This document shows positions 12,780 to 23,870 of a stretch of DNA of 64,000 nucleotides, in pieces. Position 1 is the stretch's first letter, and the number at the start of each line of letters is the position of its first letter. The DNA is from Octopus sinensis (lineage: Eukaryota). The translations under genes and the position numbers were made by a program. The DNA is taken from contig NC_043001.1 in the NCBI RefSeq assembly GCF_006345805.1, positions 64,046,001-64,110,000 on the forward strand, in the 5' to 3' direction. The notes beneath the pieces were generated by a model. The model was not told the origin of the DNA. It saw only the letters and a list, made by a program, of their open reading frames with translations, and searched no databases.

Positions 12780-12970
12780 AAATTAGGGCTAGCATTGGGG
12801 GTTGGGTTTAGGGTTTAATGCTAGGGTATTGTAGTTTAGAAGTTAGGGATAAAAATAGGATCAAGATCTTGAGTTAAGTTTTCAGGTAAGCGTTGAGGGT
12901 TAGCATTTAAGTTTATAATTTCATTTTAGCATTTAGGATTACAATTTTGAGTTAGGATAAGGATTAGTTT
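12780..12970 (+). repeat. Degenerate (TTAGGG)-like tract
   Basis: Scattered TTAGGG, TTAGGA, TTGGGG and TAGGG units on a strand skewed to G and T. Confidence 0.45.
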
Positions 12971-13129
12971 AAATAGAAACAGAAAAGGGATTCAAAAGAT
13001 TTGAATTTGCGTACAAATTTTTACAGAATTGAACTTGCATATGTTTGGAATATGGATATCAAACAATATTCTTAAAAGAAGAAAAATAAAAACAAGAGGA
13101 AAAATCAAAAATTAATTTTGTGAGTGTAG

Positions 13130-16100
13130 CAACTTGCCCCTGTGAAAACATCATTATAAACAAGGAAGATTTAAGGAAATTTCAAAAGAAGGTTAAAATG
13201 TGAAGTTGCTCACTCCTAGTGAATTAATTTACGCGACGGAGAGAAAAACTGTGATATATAAAACATATCATGTGAAAAATAAAAAAATCGACTTCGTGCC
13301 GAGGAAAGCGATAGAAAAATGCTATATAACGAGGGGTAGTCGCTTCGGTACTGTAGAGGTGCGTTTCCCTAGCGAAGAAAAAGCCAGGGAACATTTAACA
13401 ATGACATTAAAGTCGGAAGAAGTAGTTCTCCTGCCGACTTACTTAGGAAGGAGAACTTCAAAAGTCACGGTCACTGATATACCACCCGAAATAGATGTGG
13501 CCTGGGTGGTAGCCGCTATTCTCATAGGCAAAGAGGGAGAAATTACAATCCTTCAAACTAAGAGATACCACCACATGAACTGGGTTGGACAAGATTTAGA
13601 CCTTGTCATCCAAGCAAACCTCTCAGACTTAGAAAAAATGCCCAGTTCCCTTACAATTGGGGAAAATACCAGCCTGATGGTGGTAGTCGAGGGGAGAAAG
13701 CCCAGGTGTTACAAATGTGGCGAGAAAGGCCACATAAGGTCGAACTGTAAGAAGAAGACAGCCAACGCAGCAGAAGAGGCAAGCACGACGCCGAAGACAA
13801 CGACCACACCGCTAGAAATAGCAGCCACGTCGCGCACACCAATTGCTGAAGTACATCCGACAGCGGGAGAAAACAGATGAACTTTTGGAGCCATCTGTAC
13901 AGGCAATTCGCGAAAAAAATGACCTCGCAAACCACAACACACACAGACAGAAAAGAGGAGGGTGAAACCACACCCTCTCTCCCGTTAAAACAGTAAGTTT
14001 TAAACATTCGACTTATTTTTCACATTCTCGTTTAAACTCGGTTGTTTAAATATTCACGGCCTGGGGTCGTATTGGAAGCAAGGCTACCTACTTAACGACC
14101 TTGGGTCGCATCGTTTGGATGTAGTTGTAATTACCGAATCCAGACTGAGTTGGCTGCAGGCTTTTTCGCCCCTTCTAAACAGCTACGAGAAATACGTTTC
14201 TCCCTGTCGACCGGGAGGGGGCGGAGGAGTGGCAGTGCTGGTCAGAAAAAACCTGCAATTAGAGATTAGAATTGTCTTTATAGATCCGGAAGGCAGGTTG
14301 GTCGTTTTGGATGTGACGCACAGCAGTGGTAAAGTGTTCGGGCTGGTCGCTGTCTATGCTCCCTGCGAAGGAAATGCCGGGCAGAAAGATTACTTCAAAA
14401 GCCTAGAGAATTTTCTCGGCACGTCGAACGCGTTAGTATTGCTAGGTGACTTCATCATAATTTGCGATGCACGCGTAGATTATGTTGGCTCGAGAAAGAA
14501 TACCTCACCTCAATGATCTGCTAAGTCGTTTCGAGTTGGCAGATCGATTCAGACTGGACCACCCAGACGTTTCAGCGTGGACCTGGGCAAGAAACGACGG
14601 GTCATCCAGATCTTACATAGATAGAATCATAACTAAAAGGAAAGATAAGAAAATACTTAGCTGTCCACAACACCATATCGTCAGCTACAGCGATCACAAA
14701 TTAGTGACCTGTACGCTCGACATAGATAGTATGTGTAGACGAGGCAACGGTTACTGGAAGCTAAACAAGTCAATATTGGACAGTGAAGCCTACAGGAAGC
14801 GGATTAGACAATTAGTAATGAGGGCGTTAACCGGATCCAACAAATGGTGGTACGCCCTGAAAAGAGCCATCAAATTTGAGTCAATTAGGTTTAGCAAAGA
14901 ATTAGCTAGTGCTAGAAACAAAGTAGAAAAGGAACTAGTTAAGGTAGTACATGAGGCAATGAGGTCAGACAGTGCATCGAAAGTGTTAGCGGCGAGGTTG
15001 GCACTCGACCAACATCTCAATGCTATACACGAAGGGTACATTGTCAGAGCTAAGATCCGTGCAATGAGGCAGGAAGGGATCAACGCAGCCGGATGGGCCC
15101 GGGTGGTAGAGGGCCAGCGTGGCAACAACTCAACCATTCGATCTTTGACGGACCCAAATGGTCGATCAGTAAACGAACCCGTGGAGATGTGAAAGGTGTT
15201 TCACGATCATTTCGCCCAGCTTTTCGGGAGGAGCGGCGGACTGAAGCGCGGGAGAAGCTCGCAGACTTCCTAGCCGGTTCGCCGCGTCTACCGAGGCCGG
15301 ATGCGGAATCTTGTGAGGCGCCGATCACAGCCAAGGAAGTCGAGGATGTGTTGGCAGACTGCGGCGGGGACAAATCGCCGGGACTCGATGGTCTGCCTTA
15401 CGAACTCTATAGTAGCATGCCAGACTTGTTTGGGCACCTACTTGCATGCGTGTACACCAACTGGCAGCAGAACGGGAGAATTCCCAAGTCTGTGAGCCGA
15501 AGGGTGGTAGCGCTGTTAAGAAAGGACCCAAACAAGGGGGATTTAATTGATAATTTTCGGCCCATCACTCTGCTTAACGCAGAGTTGAAGATTTTGGCCA
15601 AGGTCTTAGCAAAAAGGTTGGCGCGGGTGAACTTGTTGGCGAGGCGCAAACATGCGCCATCTCTAGAAGGACCGTCCACGACAATCCCCACTTTCTACGC
15701 TATGCCTTAGAAAGGGTAAATAGGATTCCTGGCAAGGATGGGGCTATGGTACACTTGGACCAATCGAAAGGTTCGATAGGGTGGACCATCAGTATCTGGC
15801 GGCGGTCCTCGCGGCGGCTGGCTTTGGCCAGACCTTCCGCGGATGGATCAACGCTTTATACAGCAACATCGAATCGGTAGTTCGGGTGAACGGTTTCTTT
15901 TCGGAGCCGTTCCGCATTGAAGGGTGCCCTCTCTCCCCGCTTCTTTACGTTTTGGTCCTCGAACCGTTGCTGAGGAGGTTGGAAACTATGAGGGGCACTC
16001 CGCAAGATCTAGGGTGCGGAAAGTCAGCTTCGGCGTATGCGGACGACATCACCGTCATCGTATCCCGGGTCGAGCACCTACAGTGGGTGGGTGAGGCCTT

Positions 16101-16420
16101 AAGGGACTACGAAGCGGTGGAAGGAGCGAAAGTCAACCGGGATAAATCGGTCGGCTTGCAACTCGGCACCTGGAGGGGCAAGTCGATGTCTTCCGACAGC
16201 GTCGTAGGACGTTAGACGGAAAGGCCGGTGAAAATGCTTGGAATCTGGTTAGGTCCAGATCTCTAGATAGAGAAGAATTGGAGCGAGGTGGCTCTCCTAA
16301 CTCAGACCTGGTCTGAGCGGAAGCTGTCCTTGAAAGGGAGGGCGGAGGTTGCAGAGGTGTTTATCGCCTCTGTAATCACTTACTGACTGACCGTCGTGCC
16401 TTGCACCGATTCGTGGTTGA
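13130..16420 (+). mobile_element. L1/Tx1-like LINE 1 (ORF1 with CCHC knuckle; ORF2 APE+RT), disrupted and 3'-truncated
   Basis: ORF1 CYKCGEKGHIRSNC. ORF2 motifs LGCLNIHGL, DVVVITESRL, LLGDF, SDHKLV, GYWKLN, KSPGLDGLPYELY, FRPITLLNAELKILAK, GCPLSPLLY and AYADDI. Confidence 0.9.
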
Positions 16421-16759
16421 ACAGCCAAATCTCACACAAACTTTGTTTCCATTTAACTTTCAGAAAAAATTATATTTTTTAATAAAATTTTTGACCTATA
16501 AGATGTGATAAAATAATGAAAGAAATATGTAATCAATCTACTATCTACACACGCATGCATATATGAAACAATTCTAAATTGCTTATAATCATGTTCGACA
16601 TTGCCTTAATCGTTGTCATCAAGAGTAGTTAACATCATCACTTTTATCATCGTCATTAACTCTGCGGTGGTTATTTTTGTGTTGTTGTATTCAGGAACAT
16701 TTTCACAAAAAAATATATAAATTATCATCATCTAACATCCATGTACCTCGCAGAAACTA

Positions 16760-17100
16760 CAAATCTTGTGGGGTGAGTTCAGCTTCATGCCAGTGGACAA
16801 GGGAATGATCTATGAGGAGGAGCAGGTTTTTGTAGAAGACCAGTGTGGTTACTAATATCTAGTAAGGGAATGACCATGAGATTGCACCTAGAAAGTTCCC
16901 CTCTAAGGTGCAAGTCCAGGCAAATTTGTTAATGGAAGACCGGCAGTCACCAATGCCGGTCATACCTGCCGACCCTCTCCATGTAACCAATGTTATCCAA
17001 GGGAAAAGCCAAAACTGATACAGCAAAACATTCGATATAGAGTATGTATGTATGTGCCAAGAAGTTTGTGTGAGATTTGGCTGTTATTTCTAGAATGCAG
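16760..17100. repeat. Unclassified interspersed repeat fragment
   Basis: Higher-GC block. AAGTTTGTGTGAGATTTGGCTGT at ~17070 is the reverse complement of ACAGCCAAATCTCACACAAACTT at ~16421. Confidence 0.35.
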
Positions 17101-17565
17101 GTAGCCTGCTTGAATGCCGTAGATTCGGGAAGGGGGTTGCAGGAATTTTTTTTTGAAAAATTGAAATTTTACAAGCAGTTTTTATTTTTCTAGAATCATA
17201 ATCTTATTTTTCTACGTATTTGGCCCCCAAAAAATTCTGTAAAAAGTGAAAAATGAAGAAAAGAGGGGTGGGGGGAATCGAAATTTTGAAATTGCGATTT
17301 TTGCAAATTTTTTCAGAATCGGAATCTCCATAACCGAAAACCTGGGCTTCCGTAAAAAAACAAAAAAATTAAGTGTGGGAGGGGTTGGGTTACGTCTCCG
17401 CCATGTGCACCGAAATTTCTTCGGATTCCTAGTTTTAATTAAATATCAAAGATTACGAATATGCAAAAAAAAAAATAAAAATTGGTAAAGGTGCACTTGT
17501 AAAAATTAGAGATTTAACTAGAAGGTAGTTCCATTGATTCCATTGTTATCGCCTCACACACACAG

Positions 17566-17634
<69 letters not shown>

Positions 17635-17715
17635 TGCATACTAACACATATATATACACACACACAAAAGATAACGAAAGAATACGGTACGGGTACGTTT
17701 TACTCAACAAAGACG

Positions 17716-18390
17716 GTGCAGTGTGGCCAGGGTGATTTGGGTGTTATTTCTAAAGGGACGAGTTCTGAAATTACGGATGCAAAAGTAAAAAAATGTGGTA
17801 GATCGAACTGTGCAACATGTCCTAACCTGCTAGAAGGATCAGAATTCCTCTTTAAAGAGGGACAGAAATTCAAGATCAAATCTAACTTTACTTGTGCCTC
17901 TGAAAACATAACTTATGTCATAAAATGCTCGGGCTGCCACCAAGACTACGTGGGTTCCACGGGACTATCACTCAGACGTAGATGCACACTGCATCGACAA
18001 CAGATTGCATTCCCAGAATATAGAATGATACCTTTTAGTGAGCACATTGAGAAATGCGCAAAGCAACTACTACCACAATTTTTAATCCTTCCATTCTACC
18101 AATGTGCTTTCGGATCATCAACACAAATTAGACTAAACAAGGAAACATTCTTCATTGAAAAGTACAAGCCCAGACTCAACCATCCGAACATACTGATACA
18201 GAGAAATTCACACCAAGGGAAAGGAAAAAATTTTTAAGCGATTATCTCCCTTACACCGGAAGAAATCACTCACTACCTCCCCTTATTTAGAACTCTCCTG
18301 AACATAAACATAACGATAACTTTATTCAACATAAACATAACGTCGCAAGAAATTTGAAAAGCTACACGCGAAACCGGTCTTTCTTTTAAA
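17716..18390 (+). mobile_element. Penelope-like element 3' fragment: GIY-YIG endonuclease plus pLTR
   Basis: CGRSNCATC...FTCASENITYVIKCSGCHQDYVGST...H...KETFFIEKYKPRLN, a PLE GIY-YIG with CCHH-type Zn motif, followed by a decayed hammerhead motif. Confidence 0.85.
18347..18385 (+). ncRNA. Decayed minimal type I hammerhead ribozyme
   Basis: Stem I AAGAAA/TTTCTT, core TTGAAAA (from CTGANGA), stem II GC-TACAC-GC, GAAA, palindromic ACCGGT, and GTC cleavage triplet. Confidence 0.6.
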
Positions 18391-18503
18391 TTATGTCATT
18401 ATAAGAGAAAAATTAAAAAAAAAATTTTTTTAATATTCTTCAGACATATTGACGCAAATATATATATTTTTTAACACTTCTGTAGTTTTTTCACTCTTTA
18501 CTA

Positions 18504-18560
<57 letters not shown>

Positions 18561-18562
18561 CT

Positions 18563-18611
18563 TTTCTTGGATGTAATCATCCCTTTAAAAGGTTGGTATA
18601 TCCTCTAATTA

Positions 18612-18675
<64 letters not shown>

Positions 18676-18724
18676 TAATTAGAGGATATACCAACCTTTT
18701 AAAGGGATGATTACATCCAAGAAA
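18563..18724. repeat. Perfect 162-bp palindrome centred on (TA)n
   Basis: The ~53-bp unique arms are exact reverse complements, around a self-complementary TA tract. Confidence 0.95.
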
Positions 18725-18744
18725 GCACTGTTTCTTTACCTAAC

Positions 18745-19800
18745 ATTTTTGGGTTAATGTTGTCATTATTACCCGGGAACGAAATTTTAAAAAAATTATG
18801 CAACGAGTGTAAAATAGGGTGTAGGAAACAAATATGAAAACAAAAATGCGCGGGAAGCAACGGGGTAAGAGTGGGGAGAGAACTTCGGAAATGATCCGAC
18901 GTTTTCTATTGAAACTTTAAGGAAAATGGATATCTTTTAATGAATATATATATACACTTGCCCAAGGTGCCACGCAGTGGGATTGAATCCGGAACCATGT
19001 GGCTGGTTAGCAAGCTACTTACCACACAGCCACTCCTGAAACCCTGCACGACTTCTATACACTTTGTCTTTCCTACCCGCCATTGCTTCTTTACCAAACT
19101 ATTTTGGCGCCCTCCGATTCTTCCCCCTCTTCCTCCCATCCTCCTTAATCCCTTCTTTCTCCTTTTCTCTTGGTCACTGATTCTGTCCCCTGCCTTCCAC
19201 CCTCTTTGATTCCCTCTCTCTCTGTCTCTCTTTCTCTCTCTCTCCTGCAACCTGCTGCTTCTTAACCATTCTGTTGGCGATCGTATCTCGACCAATATGT
19301 GTCCCCTCTACCGAAACGGTAATTATTTCTACGCCAGCTGCTATGTTGTTGTTGTTTTTGTCTCATTTGGTCTAAAGTCGTAAGACAACCATCGTTATAT
19401 TTTGTTTATCCATTACTGTTTTCAATTTCGTTTTCGTCTCTTGTGTTTACATCCGTCTCGTGCGTTCACATTCCTGTCTTCTACCAAGAAATCTAATGCT
19501 TACAGCTTAGTTTTTTTCTTGGGGCTGGCCGAGTTGGAGCAAATATCAGAATTGAACAGCCGAAATTTGCTATGATGATTCGGTGTCTGACTGAAGATTG
19601 AAGGCTTCGAATGATTTGTCTGTGTTCCGTGTTCGTCCCTTCCTGTATTTCACGTTCTTTATATATAAAAACATTTATTCTTATATATATATATATATAC
19701 CTTTCAAACAGCATGCATTACGGATGCCTAATGTGCGGCAAACCCCTTATTTTTGTTCGAAAAAAAGGGGGTGGGGAGAAACCGGAATTATTGGAAAAGG
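18745..19800 (+). mobile_element. Unclassified non-autonomous DNA-transposon-like segment, interrupted by an insertion at ~18955-19697
   Basis: 18745-18955 and 19698-19800 join into a continuous match to the reverse complement of 22100-22690. Confidence 0.55.
18955..19033 (-). mobile_element. SINE family 1 tRNA-like head
   Basis: Minus strand GTGGCTGTGTGGTAAG...GGATTCAATCCC...CTTGGGCAAGTG contains A- and B-box-like motifs. Confidence 0.75.
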
Positions 19801-20001
19801 TTTTTTTATTTTCTATGAATGAATTACAGTGACCTAATATGCTGCAATCTAAGATTAATATATACAGTGATTTTTAAGAGGTATGTAAAAATATTTTGTT
19901 TTAATATCATAATTTTACTTGTTTCACACACACAAACTCTAACGTGGTTTTTGTAAGGATGTTGTATCATTCTTTCTCCTGTTTAGACTTCATTACCACT
20001 A

Positions 20002-22094
20002 TCTGTCTGTCTGTCTGTCTGTCTGTCTCTGTGTGTGTACATGGGTATGTCCTCGTTTTGCGCCAAAACGGCTCGACCGATTTTTCTTGAACTTCACACG
20101 CACATTGCTTATGTGTCTGGAGAGGTTTTAAGTATAAATTGATTTCGAAAAAATGTTCGGGTAAACGGCGGAGGAACATCATTTGGGTGCGGTTGAACGA
20201 CAGACGTAATTATTTTTAAGCGTCCAAGGGAAATAAATTATTTGGTAAAAATGAAATTGAGTATGGTTTCACCGATACAATATATAACCTAGCGCTGATT
20301 GAGATTATTCGAGATACAATATATAACCTAGCGCTGATTGAGACTGAAAACAAGACTTTAGTTTTAGGCGGCGACGTAATGACCTCTTACGGGCTTCCCC
20401 CCACTGCAAAGCTTACCTCAAATGATCTTCCGTCTGAGATTATTCGAGAAACATCTTACGACATTACTGGACTATCCACATATGTACAGATCAATGAGGC
20501 ACTCCTCCTACCTGACCAGAAGCACGCCTACGATACTATCGTTCAGCAAGTCCAGGGTCGTAAAGGTGACGTTTTCTTCCTTAACACTTCTGGCGGGACA
20601 TGCAAAACGTTCGTAACTAGACTCATTCTTGCAAAAGTAAGGCTACAAAAGTACATCGTAATAACTGTGGCAACTTCGGGTGTAGCTGCTACTCTGCTCC
20701 CTGGCGTTTAAGCTTCCCCTTAACCTCGCAAGTTCACCAACGCCTGTTTTCAACATTTCAAAGACGTTGGTCAACGGGCTCCCACAATGCCACCTGATTG
20801 TTTGCGGTGAATGCACAATGGCTCACAAGGGTGCCCTTGAGTTATTAGATAGAACTTTGCGAGACATAAAGGAAAGCCACGAACCGATGGTGGGTATCAC
20901 TGTCTTGCTATCTGGGGAATTTAGACAAACCTTGCCAGTGATTCCGAAAGGCACAAGGGCGGATGAAGTAATGGCGTGTCTTAAGTCTTCACCTCTATGG
21001 GGCCATGTTGTTACTTTAAAGTTAGAATCCAACATGAGAGCGCGCCTCCATGAGGACTCATTGTCAGAAGATTTTGCGAGGAACATTCTCCTTCTTTGCA
21101 ATGGTGAAATTCCAGAAGACGAAAATGAAGATGTTGACATAAGTAACATTTGCACAATAGCCAGTACTATCCAGAGTCTTCAGGATCAGGTCTTCCTATG
21201 CCTAGAAGTCCACTACGGAGATCTAGATTGGCTTTGCTGAAGAGCCATTTTGGCTTCTAAAACCGTTGCGGTCAGTGCAATCAACAACAACCTCTTACTG
21301 CGTTTGCCTGGGGACGTGACAGTCTATAAGTCAGTAGACAGCATTCCCAATCAGGATGAGGTAGTTGATTATCCCACTGAATTTTTGAATTCCTTAGAGC
21401 CTTCAGGTGTACCTCCACATATACTTGTTCTTAAAGTAGGTATCCACCGACATTGTGCAACAGTACACGCCTTGTTATCACAAAATTATTTCCCAACGGT
21501 ACACGCCTTGTTATCACAAAATTACTTCCCAATGTCGTTGAAGCAACGACTATGACCGTCAGTGGTAAAGGTCAAGACGTTTTCATACCACGAATTCCCC
21601 TTGTGCTTTCGGCTGCTGACTTACCGTTCACATTCTGTAGAGTGCAATTTCCGATTAGACTCAGTTGCACTATGTCCATTAATAAGTCTCAGGGGCAGTC
21701 GCTGTCTGTCGTTGGACTTTACTTAACCGAACCATGATTTTCACACGGTTAAATATATGTTGGCTGTTCAAGAGTGGGTTGTAGGAATAGTTTACATGCC
21801 TTCATCCCCCAGGGGAAAACTAAAAATGCTGTTTATAAGGAAGTTTTGTAGACTTGCCGTACTGGCGCCATATTTCAGTCCTTACGTTATTGCTGTTTTA
21901 ATTTTTGTTGCTTTATTTTTTCACTTGATTGTTGTCGTAATATTACACATGCGATTCCCTTAAAGAGTTACTTAGGTGTTACTCTTGCCATAAAGTGTGA
22001 AAGGTGCTTAAGGGGGGAGGGGTGTTAATCGCTTTATTAGTTTCTAAGCCTTTTCGAACTAACGCACCCGGGCAACGCCGGGTACGCCTGCTAG
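20002..22094 (+). mobile_element. Helitron 2, internally deleted (both ends plus helicase only)
   Basis: A|TC 5' end followed by (TCTG)n. 3' hairpin CCCGG-GCAACG-CCGGG (22067-22082), then CTAG|T (22091-22094). Helicase motifs SGGTCKTF, ATSGVAATLLPG, ECTM, GEFRQTLPVIP and INKSQGQ. No Rep motifs. Confidence 0.9.
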
Positions 22095-22099
22095 TTTTT

Positions 22100-22690
22100 C
22101 AGCATTTTCACTTATTATTCTTTCCAAACTTGTTTAAATTTTCAATCTAATATAATCCACACTCCAGAAAATGTATTTCTGCAAAATTCTCTTAAAATAT
22201 GGGTAAAGAAAAGTGGCTATTGGAATTTCGCATTTCACCTTCAAAAACGCATTTATTGGGGTCCCCCACCCACTTTCCGAACAAAAATAAGGGGTTTACG
22301 GCACTTTGGGCATCCGTAATGCATGTCGTTTGAAAGGTATTTATATACAATTTCAGTCAAAGATATCCATTTTCCTTAAACTTACGAGGGAAAAAATCGG
22401 ATCTTGTGAATTTTACGAAGTCCTCTCTCCACCCTTTCGGAAAAGATTTTACCCACAAATTTCGTTATAATCGTAATATATGCCGTTTGAAAGGTATTTA
22501 TATAAAATTTCACTAAAAAAGCATTTTCCTAAAAGTTATGAGGGAAAACTCGGATCTTGCTTTCCGAGCATTTTTGTTTTCATATTCGTTTCCTACACCC
22601 AATATTTTTTACACCAGTTGCACTATCTTTTTTTCTATTTCGTTTCCGAGTAATCATGTCAACATTAACCATAAAATCTCCCTAAATCAA
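22100..22690 (-). mobile_element. Unclassified DNA-transposon-like segment (inverted homologue of 18745-19800)
   Basis: Shares motifs TACCTTTCAAAC, GCATTACGGATGCC, AAACCCCTTATTTTTGTTCG and TGTAGGAAAC. Contains an internal duplicated subrepeat. Confidence 0.55.
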
Positions 22691-22899
22691 TAGGTATATT
22701 GTTATCACGTTTGTTGGTTCCGTGTAAGGGAAACGTTGTTGTGTTGCATTTGTTAAATAATTGTAAACTGTAACCCTCCCTCTTTGGGAGAAGGAGCTTT
22801 GGTTATTGTTTAAAAATTGAATTGTGTCCCTGTTTGGGGAAATTGACAATGTTTTCACCGTTTACACGGAAGCATTTTTGTTAGAATGCCTTCGATAGA

Positions 22900-23410
22900 A
22901 GAAAGTCCAAAAATGAATTTCGCTGCAGCCGTCGGGGGGTGCGAACTCATTAAAATTAAAATGGAAGAAATACAAACCTATTTCGGATTGATCACCACAA
23001 AGACGGTGAATCTAGGATAAGACCACCAAACGAAATAAAAAAATAAATTAAAGAAAAGACTATTGTCTATAAAGTATACAATGTAGAGAAGAAAAAAGAT
23101 TTGAACACCGGGAGGAAAGCACCATCGAAAAGTGTCTTGGTGCGACTATGAAAGATATCTAATCAGAGGCGGTAAATTCGCCACAATAGAAGCAAGGTTC
23201 GAGTCAACGGAGCGTGCAAGGAAGTACTCGACTCAAAACTTGCAAAGTAGAAATATTTTATCTTCACCTTTATATCTGGGACGTAGGACGTCCCGGATAA
23301 AAATTTAAAATGTCACCCCAGAAGTAGAGGTAGGCTGGATTGTAGCCACACTTCTATACAAGAGGGAGGACAAGATACAATTGATCGAAATTGCAAGAGA
23401 CAGGCCTACA
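22900..23410 (+). mobile_element. L1/Tx1-like ORF1 fragment
   Basis: MNFAAAV, KTIVYKVYNV, YLGRRTSRIKI and PEVEVGWIVA match ORF1 of the LINE at 13200. Confidence 0.7.
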
Positions 23411-23579
23411 ATTCCAGTCTGTTATATATTTTGAGTATTGTTATCACTAGCGATATCAAGATATAACTTTGTATTTTGTATTTTATGTGTAGATGTATAT
23501 ATATATATATAGATGTACATGTAATATGTACACATATATACATGCACTATGACCCGGCAACGACGGGTCATAATGCTAG
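23410..23579 (+). mobile_element. Short non-autonomous Helitron, 3' end
   Basis: Hairpin TATGACCCG-GCAACGA-CGGGTCATA (23548-23572), then CTAG|T (23576-23579), preceded by a (TA)-rich tract. The 5' end is uncertain. Confidence 0.75.
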
Positions 23580-23604
23580 TTTATTATAAAATGAGTCGTA
23601 AAGG

Positions 23605-23870
23605 AAGTAAACTGGAACTTGTCAGCATGCTGAATATATCATCAAGAAATATGGTTTAATGGTGTTCAAGGTTAACAGAATAAATGTCCAGGGATCTTTT
23701 CAAAAGGTGGCAATTTCAAATGGTTTATGCGCGGCATATTACAAAATATACTTATAGTATTTCACAAGGATAAGAATCAGAAGCTTGGCAAATGCCTGAG
23801 CAGTTACAGAGTCCAATAGGTTTTAGAATGTACATCCCTTAGAATAGTTACACGTGGTAGTGAGTTCAGT
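23605..23870 (+). mobile_element. piggyBac-like transposase 3' fragment (second copy, carrying the empty hAT site)
   Basis: Close direct homologue of 26338-26564 joined to 36010-36055. Confidence 0.55.

Noticed and set aside
17110-17510. Possible MITE
   Set aside because: Composition suggests a DNA transposon fragment, but no matching TIRs or TSD were found.
19230-19620. Additional hammerhead-like motifs (CCGAAACGG at ~19311, CTGAAGA at ~19590)
   Set aside because: The core halves are not in a foldable arrangement with supporting stems.
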